Of a stretch of 64,000 nt of DNA, positions 12,093-23,663 are shown piece after piece. The number at the start of each line of letters is the position of its first letter. The first letter of the stretch is position 1. This DNA is from Mayamaea pseudoterrestris (taxonomy: Eukaryota), in NCBI GenBank assembly GCA_027923505.1, contig BROI01000016.1, forward strand, positions 620,001-684,000, given 5' to 3'. The notes under the pieces are model-generated. The model did no database searches, was not told the origin of the DNA, and saw only the letters and a program-made list of their open reading frames with translations. A program made the position numbers and the translations under genes.

Positions 12093-13550
12093 CTAATCAT
12101 CCAGCTTGCTCAGCATGTACTCGTACCGACCCTTGCGGTCCGGATCAGCGACCATGAGCTTGTTGATTATATCGTGCCGTTCCTCTAGCGTATCCGTTCC
12201 CGATGGCATATGCCCGAGCGCCTGCAGTAAGCCTAGCCAAGGCCACTTGCTGCGACTGTCCACCTCCTCGACGAGTTCGCGCAAGCTTTCAATGTGAGCA
12301 GTCAACATTTCAAGAAACCAGTTTGGAAGCGGTGGCGTGTCGGAAGTGTTTGCAGAAGAGTTTGCCTCGTTGTGTGTCGTGGTGATGAAGTCAAATAAAA
12401 AGTTTTGGTACCACCAGGCTGTTTGGCTGAGCAAGAGAAGTGAACAAGCAGAGAGTGAGATGGAAATGCATGGACGGCGGAGCGAATGGTTGTGGCCAAC
12501 GTATTGAAAGCCATTTGCGAAGCAGCAACCAACTGCAAGCCCCGATAATTGTACCGCATCTCTGTCGACTCACTCATCCGGCTCGGTGAAGACTGCATTC
12601 TCCACCATTTCCAGCTCCGTCGCCATGACTTCCGCCAAGTCTAGTTGCTCTGATGCATTTAGCATGAGTGGAAGTAGCTTGCTTCGATAGTGGAAGGCAG
12701 AAAAGTTGCTAAAGTTTTCCATAATCTTGGCGAGCGAGTAGTTGAATTCCTGCTGAATGACATGGTAGACCTCGGGTGACATGAATGGACGAGGCGCATC
12801 TGTAGTGTTTGTACAACCGTCTTCGTCGTCAGCTTTGAGCTTTGTCACTGCAACTTGAGGCCCCATGGAGTATTGCGGCGCTTGACCAGCATCATTGTCC
12901 ATTGGCTGCTCCGCCGTTGCATAGTTTGGCCAGCTTCCGTCGGGCAGAGCAAACTGGCCGTCGTCGCCGTCGTCGGCCTCCATGTTCACTGTTCCGCCAG
13001 AGACAACATGCAACTGACACGAGACAATGAAGCGACGATAGTTCCATCCATGAAAGTTTCGCTCGTCGGCTTGCAGCAGTTCGGACAGTAAATTTAGCTC
13101 CGACTCGAACAGCGCCAAGTGCAAGGCTGGATTCACTGGTTCCTTTTGCTTGCAGTCAGCCTTTAGAATTTGCATTATGGTCCATTTACGATGAAACCAC
13201 GCGCCATAGGCTTTAGGGTTGTTTTGAAGAGCCGTCAGCGATAGTGCAAGCTCGGGTTGCCAGATGGATGATTGCATCGCCGTCGAGTCATCCTTGTCAT
13301 CGGATTCATCTTCAAGCTTTTTTACCTGCTGCAACAGCAATTCCCGCCGATGATTCCATAAGTATATTGGATCTGGATTGACCGTCAGTAGCTTTTCAAT
13401 CAGGGCAAAAGTTGTCGGCGAATCGTCCTTCTCTCTTCGTCTGCGTACTAAATCTTGGGAAAGCGTGTGCCATTGGGAGGCCTTTTGCGCCAGCTTGGCA
13501 GCGTTTTCGCGCTGCAGACTCTTGTATTCGGATCGATTGCGGCCGTGCAT
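12093..13550 (-). CDS. RABGGTA: Rab geranylgeranyltransferase alpha subunit (2 exons; intron 12427-12573)
   Basis: MHGR N-terminus; prenyltransferase alpha repeats NPDPIYLWNHRR, NPKAYGAWFHR, DERNFHGWNYRR, NFSNFSAFHYRS. Splicing yields FTEPDDQTAWWY; ends DPDRKGRY. Confidence 0.93.
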
Positions 13551-13796
13551 TTTATTCCTATATTAGTTATGTAGGTTGAAATACCCGTTAGTCAAAGTAT
13601 TTGACAAAGAAATGTCAGCAAGATGAGAGATCAATCTCGTGCATGGCTGTCACGCATCGGCGCGCCAAAATGACTGTCTTTTCAGTAACGCTACATTTCT
13701 AGCTACCGGTAGCATGTCTGCGTGCGCTGCAATGCCTTTCAGCAACGGCAATACTAGCATGCTTGTGCAGCGAGGATTCGACTAAGTATATAGTAT

Positions 13797-13862
13797 GTTT
13801 GACCATCGACTACGGATGCGGTGATGGTGTTTGACCATCGACTACGGATGCGGTGATGGTGT
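13797..13862. repeat. Perfect 32-bp tandem duplication
   Basis: GTTTGACCATCGACTACGGATGCGGTGATGGT at 13797-13828 and 13829-13860. Confidence 0.95.
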
Positions 13863-14274
13863 AGCCATTGCTTGTTGGCTGGCCTAAGCCTAATCAGCCA
13901 TCTCGAATTTGAATCTCCGAGTCCTGTGCTTGAATTCAAATTCGAGCCATAGGCTTCGGCGTTATCGCATTCTTTAGTGTAGAGCGCATCGAGAAACACT
14001 TTATCCTTGTGGACAGGACAAGAAACAGTATATATATGTGCCGGTAGACAATTGCATGCGAGACTCATTACGGCTGGAAGACCAGCCAACGTAAACCTAT
14101 TTGCGTACGGGTTATTTGTATAGAGCAATGATTGTATCGTCGTTCTTACAATTTAGAGTATTTAAATATATGTAACATGTATCGTCGATCCTTTAGCAAA
14201 TGGTGTCGGTTTTTCAAGTTCAATATGTGCATAGCTAGCAGCTAGCCTTGTAGAGCAGCGTGTCTACGGTAGCG

Positions 14275-14562
14275 TCATGCTCCCATAGCGAGAAGCAGAG
14301 GCACTTGTGGCGCTTGCATGGGAACATGAATGGTCAAGCCAACAATGGACTTGATTGCCGAGCGGTCGTTGGATGATCTTGACCTTGGCTTGCGAGCGAT
14401 TGAAGTGGTGCTTCGTCGAGGCATTCGCGGTGGCGAGTCCGTGTCGGAGCCTCGTCGCGGCATTCGAGGACAGTCGTCGTGCTCATTTCTGCATTGCTCG
14501 TAGCATGACGACAGGGATCGGTTAAGGTCGCAAGGAATGGTAATGCTTGTTGTCTCCATCAT
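14275..14562 (-). CDS. Small disordered protein with PRMPRRxS repeats
   Basis: DCPRMPRRGS and SPPRMPRRST repeats; ends LLAMGA. Confidence 0.55.
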   Translation of the reverse strand: MMETTSITIPCDLNRSLSSCYEQCRNEHDDCPRMPRRGSDTDSPPRMPRRSTTSIARKPRSRSSNDRSAIKSIVGLTIHVPMQAPQVPLLLAMGA

Positions 14563-15525
14563 TATTCTTGGTGTGGGGTTTTTGGCTGAGGGAAGGATTT
14601 GTGAGCAGTGCAAGGTTGTTGCATTTCGCTTTCGCTTTCGGGCGATCACAAGTTGGCGAATTGCCCAGGCAGTTCAACACTATATGACATTGTGTACACA
14701 ACTGTCTATACTAACTAGTCAACCATCCCATTGATAGATTGTCACATATGAACTTGTGACTGACTTGCGACACAATGCCTAACGAATGGCCTTCTTCGTG
14801 CCTCGTCAGCACAAATTTGCAGAACACGGTATAGCCCAGAATGTCACCAACTTGCAGTTGAAGCGGAGAAAGAAGGCATTTACGCCAGTGAATGAGCAAT
14901 CGAACGCAGACTCAATCAAAGCCCCCTTCGTTCCGTTTCAATCGGCTGTTGATCCTCGCTTGTCAAACCCTTCCTGGCTATAGCAAGTGATATCTTTTGT
15001 CGAAAGCAGCTGGTTGTTGTCAAGAGAAGGCACTTGCCCGACAACCAATGAGCCCCTTCTTCGTGGGAAGCTGTGGCGTCAACGAGAAAGCCTTGGCAAT
15101 TCGAGCAAAATGAGACATGCTTGCGACATCTTGTACAAGGCGTTTGATAACCTACCTTGGAGATGTTGCTATGTTGATGTTGACGCCCGAATCAGTAGTC
15201 GTGTAAACTGTAAAAACAATTCCTCATGACTACCGGTAGCTCTTGATGTCTGGGCACTGACAGCATGCCTCGGCGCCACCGGACGCTGGACTTGATCACC
15301 ATGATGTTCCTAAGCACAACACCCATATCGCGACTGAATTTTTAAGTACTTCCAGTAGCATTTATATAAAATTACGTACATGCCAGTTACCGTACCGACT
15401 GTTCGTGCGCGCAGCGCTGTTTGCATTGTGCGGGAGACCACCGGTAGCTAGCAACGCCAACGTCAATCGCATTGTAAATGACGGGTAGCAACTGTAAAAT
15501 CGTCCAAACTGGCAACTGATGTTTG

Positions 15526-15834
15526 TTATGCTCCGTTGGCAGCCATAGTGGAAACTATAGGCGCAGCGAGAGCAACACTCATGCTGGCGCTAAAAAGCTT
15601 GCTTGCCAAGCTGTTGCGGGAAAGGTTCATGCTCACCTGTCGAACGGGAAGTTTAGGCGGAGCTGCTTGCCCTTGGGTAGGTCGTCGAATTGGTTGCCTT
15701 GGAGCAGCGTCGGACAGCTTGATTGAATTCTTGCGGTTTGGCATGCGGGGAGACGAGTTGGCAGTTTGCATTGCCGATGATATGTCGTCTCGATGGTGGC
15801 TGTCAGCAGGCCTTGACCTTCGCAATGGCGACAT
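15526..15834 (-). CDS. Small disordered protein with PxxPxRxxS/T repeats
   Basis: SPRMPNRKNS, APRQPIRRPT, PPKLPVRQVS; ends MAANGA. Start may lie a few codons upstream. Confidence 0.55.
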   Translation of the reverse strand: MSPLRRSRPADSHHRDDISSAMQTANSSPRMPNRKNSIKLSDAAPRQPIRRPTQGQAAPPKLPVRQVSMNLSRNSLASKLFSASMSVALAAPIVSTMAANGA

Positions 15835-16749
15835 GGAATTTGAAGGCAGTCAAAGAATGGTAATCGTCTGTCCGATCATCTTAAGTCGAGCGCCAAGACT
15901 GTTCTAGTTGTTGAGGGATGCTGGTGCCTTGGAAGAGGCAAAGCAATGAACAAAAAGTGATGGGATGATCGGACAAAATCCATTACATTGAGAAACATAA
16001 TGACGAGTACGAATGTCAAGATGAAAAGGCCTGGAGCGTCCCTGGCGTCATATCATCGATGAAGTGACCGAAATAGCTCGGATGTTTCCTGAATACTAGT
16101 ACGATATCTCACAACTGATGTTTCGCTACTTATGCGCAAGAGTTTGTCTATCCAGTCGAAGGAGACTGGCATCAACGCAGTTTGGCCTTGGTGTTCCTTT
16201 TGGTTCCTTGAACACGAACAATACGATCGTCAGTCTTCCGCCACGCCTTGGTAGCTTGTTGAGCTAGCTTGTGGGTGCTACTGTAGGAATAGAGCTTTGC
16301 CTGGCACTGTCGCGCTGAATAAAGGCGTCAATGTTGTATGAAAAAGCCAAAAGCTACCGGTAGCCGGTAGGCTTTTGCCCGCACGCTAACTAGACACTTG
16401 ATGCTCGATGGGTCCATTACATGAAAAGTTGAGCTTGAATTGTTCCAGTAGATCAATGTTGTAACATGGATGCTCTTCGAAGGTAAACCTAGCCGTCGAG
16501 GTGGATTTGATAGAGATGATGCCGGCTTGGCTTTATGGCATGAAGCGACGGGTCGACGGGAGCGACGCGTATTCATTGTCGTAGTAGGAATTAACGTCGT
16601 ACCGGTTATGATAGGCGAGCATGCCGCCATCTCGCAACAGCTATCAGCTCCACCATGGAGGACGGCTCGGCCCTTTTTCTCCGCCAGAAATGCGTTGAAA
16701 CGCGCTCCAACAATAGATATCGAGTCGAGTTGCTCATGAATAATTCATA

Positions 16750-19700
16750 ATGACGAGAGTAGCAGCCTGTCGTTGGACAGCATCGACTCTATCCATGTTG
16801 CTACTCGAGCTTTTGCTTCTTTCTCGCTTCGCAAATACTGCTGCAAATGAAAGTATCAGTCGCAGCCATCAGCTGCAGCAGCACGCCCCCGACAATTTTG
16901 ATTATTTTGATACTACTGCCGCTGATGAATCATTCTCGCATGATGACTCCCGATTCTCCGCGCCATTTACACTTGGCAGCAGTCGCTTTCTAGCAAATTC
17001 GGAAGATTCGCTCCAAGCCGACTATTCTGTATTGGGCGTCTTGGTCATGACACTTGGGCTGATTATAGTCGTCGAAGTCATTCGCCACTATTTGGATCTC
17101 AAAGCCAAGGGCCGTCCATTTTTCCAAGCCGTATTGCATGGCGTGTACACCGAGCTTTCGACGCTGGGAATGGTGGAACTCGTGGTGTGGCTGCTCCATT
17201 CCTACTATGACAATTTAAACGTCGCCAAGGAGCAAGTCTTTGCCAAGGTACACTTTTGCTTGTTTTATACGGCACTCTTGAACGCCTTTCAGTCAATCTT
17301 GCTGGCGGCCACGAGCCTGCAGATTGCGCGCAAGCTGTGGGTGCAGACGGAGCGGCTCGAGCTGAATCATTACGTCGAACTACGCGAAGAATTTGATCGA
17401 GTACATGCGCAACTTGGTTTACACAAGAGGAGAAATAGGAGAAAAGAGAGTAGCCACAGTGACGGTAGCAATGGAAACAATGTGATCGAGTCGGCGACGG
17501 AGCGCCCGCAATACACCACTCTTTCCCTTGCTTCCTATGTTTGCTCCGTACTACACTTGCAAATTCGCAATCGCTTCCAGTCGAAACACCATGATCAACA
17601 GCATCATCGTCCTCATCACCACCACCAGTATCCACTACTGCATCGCAAGTACCGTCGCTTGCTGGTGCAGGTGCGCTTCCACGAGTTGCGCGTGCAGTTT
17701 CTGCAAGCCTACAAGTTGCCGCTCTCGCTCAAGATTTCAAACTACCTTTGGCGGAGTCAGTTGTACGTTTTGATTGGACTGGTCCATGTAAATAGCACGG
17801 CGTGGCTGCTGCTGACAATGCTGGCGAATGTACTCTTTGTTGGCGTTGGATTGCTCTTGTATGAGACGCAGGATGCAGATTTGATTGGAACCGTCATGGT
17901 TTGCATCTTTATGGCGTCCTTGACTGGGTTCGTGTTGCTTGCTCTAGTGATGCATCGCAAAATGGAGAGTGTGTTTGATTCCATCATGACGGAGAAGGAA
18001 CTATGGGAAACGACTGGAGCGGCGGAAAATGCTGAAACGACAACGTCCAAGGCGGACATGGGCACAATTTTAAACAATGGATTGGTCAACAAGACGCAAC
18101 AAGACAGTAGCAAAGCTGCGCTTGATGAAACGACGCAGCCGCAGGCGCAACGCGCTACCCAACAGCTGGAACTATTTTGGTTTAGCGATCCGACCGTAGT
18201 CATTGCGCTCGTTCAATTCATGCAATTTGGCTACGCCTTGGCGCTGAGCATTGTCATTATCGTTGCCGATGTCATTGGGGAAGGACGAATCGGTGTGCAT
18301 TGGTACCTGATTGTAATTGCCGTATCATATGCTATTTTCGTCTTGGTGGTGGCGCGGATCATTCCACGCTACACACTCTGCACGAGTCTGGGGCAATTGG
18401 TTGACTCGAAGCGACTGCACGAAACTGTGGCGGAGTTCCATTTGGAAGAGGCAAAGGTATGTGAAAATGCTTGCAATAGCTTGTGGATACTTTATGTTCG
18501 ACAACGAACATTTACTGATTAACGACGCTTCTTTAGTTAAAGCAAAAGGAGGAGAGCGAGTTGCGAAAGTTTTGCGATCGCGTCGTCCAAGTGGACCGCT
18601 CTCAGGGTGTTACAACAGAAGGGACTGCAACAACTGCATCGGGAACTACCTCTTCTATGACTGGATTGGACATGGCTGTTGATACTGCCTCGTCTGCATT
18701 GTCAACTGCTGTGGTCGGAACTACACCATTGGTCAAGAACCGTCCTCACTCGTACATGGAGGAATCACATACTAGAGTGAAACAAGATGCCGCCGAACTT
18801 ATGGCTCATTTGGTCAAACTTGATACGGCAAGCTTACGGACCAATTTACCTGAAACCGAGCAGCATGAGCTTTTCAAAAGAGACGATCGACGAAGGCGTC
18901 GAAAAGCTGTGTCGGAAGGTGTTGGTGCAATGGCCCGAATGAAGGTGGTTTCGGAAGGCGTTGGCGCCATGGCAAGACTAGGTAAACTGAACACCCACAG
19001 GCATATTGCTTCAACGGAAATTATTAGTTCGACAAGGGACGATTCAGTACTAAATGGGAAGCGAAGCACGTTCTACTCTGCAGCGGCATCAGACCTTGAA
19101 GCTGATGGCAATGTGCGACATTATGCGGAGCAGTCTAGCCGTCGACGCAATCGAAAATCCGTATCCGACGGTGTTGCTTTCATGGCAAAATTACAAGAGA
19201 GTTTCGGAAATGATGAGATTATGCCGGCTCCGCCTACTAGAGCAGAACTGCGCGAAATGGGGCGCTCTATGAGTTTGCGACCAGCGCCAAACCCGTTCGG
19301 TGAACATCGACCTCTGCGTCACGACGTTCAAGCTCAACGCGGTTCTATATTACCCACAATTTCTAAAACATCGACAATCCCATCTAACGAACAGCTTGAC
19401 ACTGCCGAGACGCCAAGGTATCCTGCAATGTTGCAAGTGGACGATCATGCTCCAGCATTCTGGCCCGATGCCGCAAGCACAACGAACCCATCCTCGATTA
19501 CTGGATCTCATGCTCCAACAGAACGCAACTTGTCTGCACATAATAGCGTTGCTCAAATTGACGCTATTAATTGTGACTCGCACGATGACGACAACCTATC
19601 AACAAGATCTGACGGCGCTCAAAGCGATGCAAACGATATTCCATCAATCAACCCTGGCCATCCCACAAGTATTGCTTTACCCGCTGTGCGACTACTTTGG

Positions 19701-21926
19701 TGGCAAGTTCTTCGCGCATATTTTTTAAGCAAGCGCTTTGTCGTCATCAGCAATGTTTTCGGAACATTGGCTGCTTTTTTCTTTGTTGGAGAGCGCATTG
19801 CTAGCTTTCTCTATTCTGAGGGTATTTCGGATCCGACGGAGACTGTTTCTTTTCACTTCAACAATACAGTAAATTTTTGGATGCTCTTCATTCTGCTTTG
19901 CCTCTTCTTGGTGACTGATTTTCTTACTCTATACTCTTTGGGCACTTGTGGTCAGCTTCAGACAAACAAGGAGCGAGCGCTTTGCGTTTCAGCTCTATTT
20001 GACATACTTCTATCATCGGCGTGTCTCGTTCTGTTCACCGTATCTGAGGTACAGCGATGTTGTATTGATGACGACTACAATGCCACGTCTCTTAATGCAT
20101 CTTCTCAGAGCGAATACAGCTCGACGGCTGGAACGCCTATCGACTATTCCCAAAACCGCCTCCTTGCAGGAGCGTCAAGTACAATAGAAGTTCCCGAGCC
20201 ACCGACGTGTTCATGTACAGCATTTGGCAGCCGCCTGTACGGAGGATTAGGTTCTATTGAACCATGGGTTTCTATCGTCGGGTTGCGCATCGTGCGCTTT
20301 TGGGTTGCAAAACGAATTGTTTTGGCGTTGGAATCAACTTTTAGTCCTGCATCGGATGCGGCTGAATCAAGACAGCGACATGGGATGAACCTCGATTCTC
20401 TGGCAGTAACGAAAAATCATGATGATTTGCCCATGGTCGGCGAAAAGGGCAGCATTGCCGAGCTTTGGGAAACTGCTGTCAGCAGATACCCTCACATCGT
20501 CGCGAAATATGGCGAGTTCAGTGGTGAGCTGCTTCAGGCAATGCTTGGAGTCGCTCCTGCCTCGTCGTCTTTCAACAACGATGAACCTGAATTGACATCT
20601 GGACGAGCAAATGGCTTTCCGATTTCTGCCGCTTACGAGATAAACCAAAAATACAAGGATCTATCAACCCGAGCACAAGAAATTATCATGTCGGGAGCAC
20701 TGGGTAAGGCGATGAAAGCGGTGCCACCATTGCCGCGACAATCTGCTTTCGGAACGCAGGCAATTATCCACGAAGGCGTGGTGAGCGACCAAAACTGTGT
20801 CGATGAATCGACATTTTTCGAAGCGACCACCCCGTTTGATGTATCTTTCGAGTACGACGGTCGCTTCGTTTGCCCGGAGGCGTGTTTAGTCCGAAGCATG
20901 CGTCGATGCGACCGTAAATTGCTGCCCATGCTCGACACCTGGATTACGGTTGACGTAGTGATGACACATTTTGAAATTGTGTATTTTGATACAGACGGGG
21001 TCGACAATGCAAGCTTAAATATAGAAGCGGAAGACATTAAAGAAGCGCTTATTGCAACGAGCGGCGGCAAAGGCATTCGTCTTTGCGATGTCGCTGCCGG
21101 CCGTCGTGTCGTTGGCCAGCTGGCTCTTTCGGACATTGAAAGCATTCATGTAGACAGAGTGATGCCTCATTTACAATATGAAGCGTCAATCGATGAACCA
21201 ATCAAGCACGTGCATCAAGATGAGTTTTGGATTGTCGAGAAGAATGATAATGTCGCTCACAAACTAGATTTTACCAGCTCTGCTTGGAGCAGCATCAAGC
21301 AAGATATCTTAGTCATTCATTCTTGCGATGGAGGAATTCTCTATTTGCGATTCTATTCCGACTTGAGGGATGCAAAAGATCATCCCGAACGATGGATGAA
21401 GGAAAATGAAGCAAGCGGACATTTGCACAAGGACAATGCTTTCCAGTGGGCGCAATGTTTGGGCCGTTACTGCGGGCGAAATCAGCTGAAACAAGATCTT
21501 CCTCACTTTGGCGACGACTCGGACGATGAGCTTCGAGACTATTTGATCGTCCGGCATGACGACGTAAGCAGCGCCCGTCATCGGAATGGTAGTCGTCACG
21601 AATCGCTTCGCAGAATAAAGAGCTTTCATCATAGCCGTCGGAGAGTGGAGATGCCCAGTCAACTGCTCGATATCCAGCGCACGGTGCACTCTGTCGAAGA
21701 TGCACCTCTGTCGCCAACTGAGAAGCGAAAGACACTGACAGGCGACCGTCGCTCCATCTCCATGGATGACTCCATGACGCACTCACACAAGTTTTCGATT
21801 AAAAGAATGCTATCGCGAAGTTCGGGAGGCGTGGTGAAGAACCAGAGTTCAAATGTGTTGTCAGGCCTAGCGATAGACGAAGATGATGACTTTTTTCGTG
21901 GTAGCGGCAGCGACTTGGAACAATAA
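16750..21926 (+). CDS. MLO-like multipass membrane protein with a second 4-TM voltage-sensor-like module and a C-terminal PH-like region (2 exons; intron 18457-18536; ~1698 aa)
   Basis: Phase-0 intron AAG|GTATGT...TACTGAT...TTTAG|TTA joins the 590-aa and 1121-aa ORFs in frame. MLO-like motifs: VYTELSTLGMVELVVWLL, VHFCLFYTA, FHELRVQFL..ISNYL, LFWFSDP...FMQF. Confidence 0.75.
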
Positions 21927-21975
21927 GGTTCAAATGCTATTTTCGTCAATTCATATCTGCAAATCATAGTTAGCA

Positions 21976-22707
21976 TTACTTTGTCATATCTAATGAGACG
22001 TATGCACCAACCTTCCCACCCATTCGGCTCCAACGACCCGTTCGAGCGCGGCATATTCCATCCATTACTGCATACACTGGCAAGGTCAATGAAAGCCGAG
22101 CAAACAACCGCAAGAGCCTGGCGCAGCCATGAGATTTCTCGTCATGTATCCCATACGATGCCACATCGTGCAGCAACCCAATATGTGTTTCATCGCACGA
22201 GTCCGAATCACCGTAATACCATGCCGCATCCAACCAAAAAGTACTAGCATCACTTTCTTCAATCATGCTGCATCGTGAGAGTGATGAGACGGAGCGGTCG
22301 CCAACACTGAACGAGTAGGAACTTCGACTGCTGTCTGAAAATATCTCTAATTCGGGGGAATCTTTCTTGATTGGAAGCTCTTGACTCGGGTTGACAATAA
22401 TGGTGGAAACCTCGTTTCGGAAAAAGCAAAGCTGGACGTATGGACCGACCGAGGAAGGCGCCCACTCCGACTCGGAGAGAAAAGAGTCAACCGACGACGC
22501 GTCAACATTGCCTGGGTCCATGGGGACAACCCGAGGTACCCAAACAGAAAGTCCATCCGACCCATCCTGTATCATTGCTTCGACTTGATCGTGGACAACA
22601 TCGTCGCCGTCGTCGCCAAGTTCAGGTCCAGGCGCCTGCAAAGCAGCGGCTGATGCAACTGAAAGGGTCATCACTAAAGTCAAGCAAGGGAAGCAACTGA
22701 ACTGCAC
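21976..22707 (-). CDS. Hypothetical Ser/Asp-rich protein
   Basis: 243-codon ORF convergent with the MLO-like gene; hydrophobic N-terminus; no recognisable domain; start uncertain. Confidence 0.4.
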   Translation of the reverse strand: MQFSCFPCLTLVMTLSVASAAALQAPGPELGDDGDDVVHDQVEAMIQDGSDGLSVWVPRVVPMDPGNVDASSVDSFLSESEWAPSSVGPYVQLCFFRNEVSTIIVNPSQELPIKKDSPELEIFSDSSRSSYSFSVGDRSVSSLSRCSMIEESDASTFWLDAAWYYGDSDSCDETHIGLLHDVASYGIHDEKSHGCARLLRLFARLSLTLPVYAVMDGICRARTGRWSRMGGKVGAYVSLDMTK

Positions 22708-23663
22708 AAGATGCGCGCTCCATGAAAAAAGTGAGTCGGACTGTAATGCAACGGGACCGCATGCACGGAGAAAGCACGTTTCTACTCCATTTCACTCCGG
22801 CCAATGAGGTGCGTTAGCATCTCATTTCCGCGCGTTTATATTTCTGCAAAAATTATTGCCACGGAAACAGTCAGAGCCAACTCCAGTCGCCATCCTTGGC
22901 AAGCTCGCGGATCATTTTGAGTCGCTTCAAATATCGGTTGATCAAGCGAGGCGAATGAGCGAAATGCAGCGTGCAACGAGGCAGCCGCGAGAGCAACAAT
23001 CGTCAGAATAAAACCTACGAAGACTTGATGCACCTTGTCAAAGTATCCGACCAAACTTTGCGTCTGTTATGGTTCTATAGCGAGTCCCCTTATGTATAAA
23101 GAGTATCATCCTGCAACAGCATATAACGTTTGTCAGAATGAAGCCTTAAACTTTAAAGCCCTCAGCCCTCGAGTGTGCTGCGACTTGCACCGTTCCCAGT
23201 AGTCGTCGCTGCCACCGTCAGACGAGGCGTTCCTGGTCGCGACACAAGCCATCAATTAGCATGTTTGCAATACTAGTCGTTTGAAGAACTTTTAACGCCT
23301 GTAGCGCCGGACGGAACGCTCAAGTCTTAAGTACCTTTTTGATCATGCTCACTTTTAAAAAAATGTATGGATCACTGCTGGTTCGCAAAATGCAATGATT
23401 CCATTGTTCCCATGACTATTCGCGGTAATATCTGTCGTAGGTCATCCATTGTGTCCGTCCACTGCATTAGCCGTCGCTGCGCCCTTGTAAAGCGATTCGC
23501 CATGGTGGAACGATGTTTGTGACGGAATTGGTCCGTGATCAAAAATCGCACCGGTATTCATTCTGAACGGTGCGACACGCAAAGGTTTTTTTTCCTCGAC
23601 CATGATAATTGATCGGACCCTCCGTTACTGTCGCTACAAATTACCATGCTGTAGTCTTTCAAT

